From Thermoplasmatota archaeon (GTDB taxonomy: Archaea > Thermoplasmatota > E2 > JACPAO01 > JAHFTW01), in the NCBI GenBank assembly GCA_041623215.1, contig JBFJXH010000003.1, positions 1 through 39,481 on the forward strand: a DNA stretch of 39,481 nucleotides, read 5' to 3'. The notes beneath the pieces are model-generated. The model ran no database searches, had not been told where the DNA came from, and saw only the letters and a program-made list of their open reading frames with translations. The position numbers were made by a program, and so were the translations under genes. Below, piece after piece: positions 36,576 to 39,481 of the stretch. Each line of letters starts with the position of its first letter. The stretch's first letter is position 1.

Positions 36576-36937
36576 CGAGATGGATTTTCTACCATACTGC
36601 GCGCCTGCTTGGCGGCGGCGACGAGCGCCTCGGCGGAGGCGTCGGCATCACCCGTCACAATGACCAGCGAATCATCGTCAACGCCGGCCACCACGAGGCG
36701 GCCTTCGGGCGTGTTAATGGTCATGTGGTCCACCGTCGGGCGTCGCAATTCGCTGGCAGCTGTTTCCATGGCAGCTAGACTGGCCGCCCCCATGGCGGCT
36801 ACACTCCAATCATCTACGCCGCCAGCGAACTGGCACGCAGCGGGTCGGCCGTCGCGAAGAATGATTCCCGCGCCGGTTACGCCGTCGCAAGCCAAGACTC
36901 GTTGCAGCGCGTCTTTGCCAGAATCAGACGCGGCCAT
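36572..36937 (-). CDS. Roadblock/LC7 (MglB-like) protein
   Basis: GVTGAGIILRDG...VAAMGA...ETAASEL...INTPEGRLVV pattern; 121 aa from ATG 36937 with GGAGG upstream. Confidence 0.88.
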   Translation of the reverse strand: MAASDSGKDALQRVLACDGVTGAGIILRDGRPAACQFAGGVDDWSVAAMGAASLAAMETAASELRRPTVDHMTINTPEGRLVVAGVDDDSLVIVTGDADASAEALVAAAKQARSMVENPSR

Positions 36938-37466
36938 GGCGCGCCTCCGCAGAGGGTGAATCGCTGGCTTCGGGCTTTGCTTTGGGGTCGTCATCTGGCG
37001 GTCGATCGCTGCTGCCTCCGGGTCGCGTCGCATGTAGCGCACGGCTGAAGGCCAGTTCCTTCTGGCGCTGTCGGGAGCGACGCAGGAAGGCTTCGGTAAT
37101 GACCTGGAGCAGACGGTCAGGTTGGAGTGGCTTGGTGAAGAAATTGTCAATCCGCGCCTCGTTGATGGCATCGACAGCGAGCTGCAAGTCCGGGTAGGCG
37201 GTGGCCATGATGCGCGGCGTGCGCGGCGCCAAATCCTTGGCCCGGTTCAGGAATTCAAGCCCATCCATGCCGGGCATCTTGTAGTCGCTGATGATGAGGT
37301 CAAACGCTTGCTCATCCAACACCTTGAGGGCCTCTACGCCACTGCGGGCGGTCCACACGTCCATGTCGGGAAAAGTCGCTTCCAGCAGGTCGCGAAGCGA
37401 ATCAAGAATATCTGGTTCGTCATCCACGATGAGAATTCGGGACGGCGGTTCTGCTGATGGCGCCAT
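36924..37466 (-). CDS. Response regulator receiver protein with short C-terminal tail
   Basis: ILIVDDE, ISDYKMPGMDG, TAY and TKP all intact; CTTAAG at 37492-37497 supports ATG 37466. Confidence 0.92.
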   Translation of the reverse strand: MAPSAEPPSRILIVDDEPDILDSLRDLLEATFPDMDVWTARSGVEALKVLDEQAFDLIISDYKMPGMDGLEFLNRAKDLAPRTPRIMATAYPDLQLAVDAINEARIDNFFTKPLQPDRLLQVITEAFLRRSRQRQKELAFSRALHATRPGGSSDRPPDDDPKAKPEASDSPSAEARHGRV

Positions 37467-37491
37467 GTGCACAACTTTCCCGGATTGCCGA

Positions 37492-37497
37492 CTTAAG
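37492..37497 (-). promoter_or_regulatory. TATA-like box heading the regulator-pilus operon
   Basis: CTTAAG about 28 bp upstream of ATG 37466. Confidence 0.55.
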
Positions 37498-37837
37498 GGT
37501 GCCTTGCGGGGGCGTTGGCCGGTGGGACCTAGGGGCCTCGGGCCACCTGGCAATCGCGCCCCCCCCCGCCGCGTAGCGGCTCGGCAGCCCACCCACGCGC
37601 GAGGCGCGAGGCAGGCAAAGGCCGCAGCCGCGCTACGCATTGCATTGCCCGTGGCAGGCGGTTTGGGCCAGGTGGGCCAGGCGAGGCGGGTTGGGGGCAG
37701 GCGCGGGGATACCAATCAGGGGGGTTTGAGGTGGCCCGCGGAACCCCAGTTTCGAGCATGGATGCCGAGCCCCGAAGCCCCAAAAGGACCACTTCCCCTT
37801 CCAACAGTATCAACGAGGGGCGCGTTGAAGACCATGC

Positions 37838-38287
37838 ATGGCCGTGACGGAGCAGGAGCCCTCAGGTGAGGTAGGATTCCTGGCGAACCTGTTTGACCAC
37901 TTTCGGGACTTGGTAGGGGAAGCGGCAGCGTGCACGTCACTCCGGTATGCCGCGTACCAAGAGGGCAAGCGAATCGGTCAGGGCCACCGCTTGGAAGATT
38001 TGCCGGCGCTTGCTAGGCGCCTGGATGCCATTCTAGGACACAATAGTGACTTGCGCAGCGAAGGCAAGGTGATTTCATGCACCGTGGAGGGCGATGAACG
38101 ATTGTCGGCGGGCCACCCGCTGACGGAAGCGGTGACGCTGGGGCTTCTCGAGGGAGCCTTGCAAGTCGTTACCGGCCGGCCGCTGCGTGCGCGGCGCCTC
38201 AATGGGAAAACGCACGCTGATGCTGCTGCGCCAGTAACGGCTGCTCAGCAATCCGTCTCCATTCTTTTGGAGGTGCCGCATGGCTGA
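37838..38287 (+). CDS. V4R/H-NOX-fold-like small protein
   Basis: LRYAAYQEGKRIG and LGLLEGALQVVTGR helices resemble V4R domains; overlaps the next gene, which has a GGAGGTG SD. Confidence 0.6.
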   Translation: MAVTEQEPSGEVGFLANLFDHFRDLVGEAAACTSLRYAAYQEGKRIGQGHRLEDLPALARRLDAILGHNSDLRSEGKVISCTVEGDERLSAGHPLTEAVTLGLLEGALQVVTGRPLRARRLNGKTHADAAAPVTAAQQSVSILLEVPHG

Positions 38288-38591
38288 AGGTCGAGACGTT
38301 AAGGACTTGTTCGAGGCGTGGGTAAACACAGACTTGAAGGCTCAGATTATTGTGTTCTTCCATCAAAATCCCGGTGTCATAGAAACCTGGGAAGGATTGG
38401 CGCGACGTCTGGGTACGGACGTGAGTGCCCTGAAGAAGCAACTGGCTGACCATTTGAAATTGGGCATTTTCGAAGTGCGCGATTTAGGGGACAAGACGGT
38501 CATTGTGTATGATGCCGGACGCCGCAAGGCGGTCCAAGAGGAAATGGTGTCTAGCGTGGAACGACGCCTGCGCGAGGAGGAAGCCCGATGA
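38280..38591 (+). CDS. Small winged-helix protein
   Basis: FFHQNPG..ETWEGLARRLG...LKKQLADHLKLGIF...VIVY wHTH pattern. Confidence 0.7.
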   Translation: MAEGRDVKDLFEAWVNTDLKAQIIVFFHQNPGVIETWEGLARRLGTDVSALKKQLADHLKLGIFEVRDLGDKTVIVYDAGRRKAVQEEMVSSVERRLREEEAR

Positions 38592-39436
38592 GTCGGCCTG
38601 AGGGCCGACCGGCTGCCACGACGCAGAGCCGAGCAGAAGAGACACGCACCAATCCAGATCGTGGAGAGTTGTCCGTTCCGCAGCGCGTGGCCACGGGTGT
38701 GGTTGGACTAGACGCGATGCTTGGGGGCGGCCTCATGCCAGGTGATGCCACGCTGGTGGCAGGCAGTCCCGGTACAGGTAAGACAACGCTTGGCACACAT
38801 TTCTTGGTGCACGGCGCGCAAAACGGCGAGCCCGGAATCATGGTCACCTTCGAATATCTGCCCCAGCAAATTTACCGGGACGCAGCGGCGCGTGGATGGG
38901 ACCTGCCGGCGTTGGAAGACCAGGGCTTGCTGAAGGTCATTTGCTTGACGCCGGATATTCTACTGGCCCAGGCCCAACCGGGTGTGACGCTTCTGGACGA
39001 AGCAATTCGCGACATTGGGGCCAAGCGGTTGGTTCTCGACTCTATGAGTCATTTCAGCTTCTATGATGGCAGTCGCGAAGGGCTTCGCGACGACCTTGCA
39101 GGGCTCTTGAATCATCTGCGCTTCCAGGGTGTGACTAGCATCCTGACGCATGAGATTCCACAAATTGTTGGCCCGGCGGTCCACATCAGCGAGTATGGCC
39201 TGGAGTTTCTGGTCGATGCTGTGATTTTGCTCCGGTACGTGGAACTGGATGCCAGCCTGGAAAAGGCGGTCAACATCCTGAAGTTTCGTGGCGGTTCTCA
39301 CGACCGGTCGTACCGTCGTCTGACGCTAGATGAAGGGGGCTTCTCCGTTCACGGCACCTTCGAGGGCGTGGAGGGCATCAGTAGCGGCAGCGCGCGGCAT
39401 TCCAGCATCGAAAAACGTGCCCGGAGGCTCATCTGA
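38588..39436 (+). CDS. KaiC/RAD55 family ATPase, single domain, intact
   Basis: TGVVGLDAMLGGG, GSPGTGKT, TFE, LVLDSMS and ILKFRG (Arg finger). Confidence 0.92.
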   Translation: MSRPEGRPAATTQSRAEETRTNPDRGELSVPQRVATGVVGLDAMLGGGLMPGDATLVAGSPGTGKTTLGTHFLVHGAQNGEPGIMVTFEYLPQQIYRDAAARGWDLPALEDQGLLKVICLTPDILLAQAQPGVTLLDEAIRDIGAKRLVLDSMSHFSFYDGSREGLRDDLAGLLNHLRFQGVTSILTHEIPQIVGPAVHISEYGLEFLVDAVILLRYVELDASLEKAVNILKFRGGSHDRSYRRLTLDEGGFSVHGTFEGVEGISSGSARHSSIEKRARRLI

Positions 39437-39481
39437 TGAGCTCGGCGACCCTGGCCGCGTCCGCAGCCTTCGCGGTCGCCA
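39436..39481 (+). CDS. Start of next gene, 3'-truncated
   Basis: ATG overlaps the KaiC stop (TGATG); frame is open to the window edge. Confidence 0.45.
   Translation, partial: MSSATLAASAAFAVA

Noticed and set aside
1240-37715. Long 5' extensions in the ORF track (to 2508, 6689, 8963, 10054, 11038, 17644, 24282, 37171, 37715)
   Set aside because: They overlap neighbouring genes or promoters. Downstream starts fit stop-start overlaps, SD or TATA spacing better.
34681-39436. Circadian KaiABC clock
   Set aside because: The KaiC-like proteins are single-domain and no KaiA or KaiB is visible.
1-39481. CRISPR arrays, rRNA, transposases, reverse transcriptase/DGR
   Set aside because: No spaced direct repeats or matching protein motifs were seen by eye.

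Overview
GC-rich archaeal chromosomal segment. Evidence for Archaea: RadA, tRNA-Pro with a G1:C72 pair, UPF0179, ether-lipid enzymes, and TATA-like boxes about 25 bp before leaderless starts. The gene set fits a Thermoplasmatota/Euryarchaeota-type organism, but that assignment is inference. The left third (1-14.5 kb) clusters most of the archaeol pathway (egsA, a haloarchaeal-type phosphomevalonate decarboxylase, GGGP synthase, DGGGP synthase, geranylgeranyl reductase plus ferredoxin). It is interleaved with secreted peptidases, an amino-acid permease, tRNA-Pro(GGG) and a RadA carrying two extra N-terminal HhH domains. The middle holds a Zn-ribbon Upf1-like helicase, a membrane-anchored Lon-like S16 protease, a sensor histidine kinase, an Hps-RraA fusion, a NYN protein and PanE. 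The right third (25.7-39.5 kb) is the most interesting part. A tightly coupled minus-strand operon runs response regulator, Roadblock/MglB, a KaiC-like::MglA-like GTPase fusion, a degenerate KaiC, two large pilin-like proteins, an assembly ATPase and two TadB/C-type platform proteins, followed by a major pilin. A V4R-like / winged-helix / intact KaiC operon is transcribed divergently. A perfectly periodic four-tract G4 motif sits just upstream of the major pilin. Together this suggests a GTPase/KaiC-switched archaeal type IV pilus system. No CRISPR array, rRNA or mobile element was seen. All calls rest on motif recognition by eye; no searches were run.
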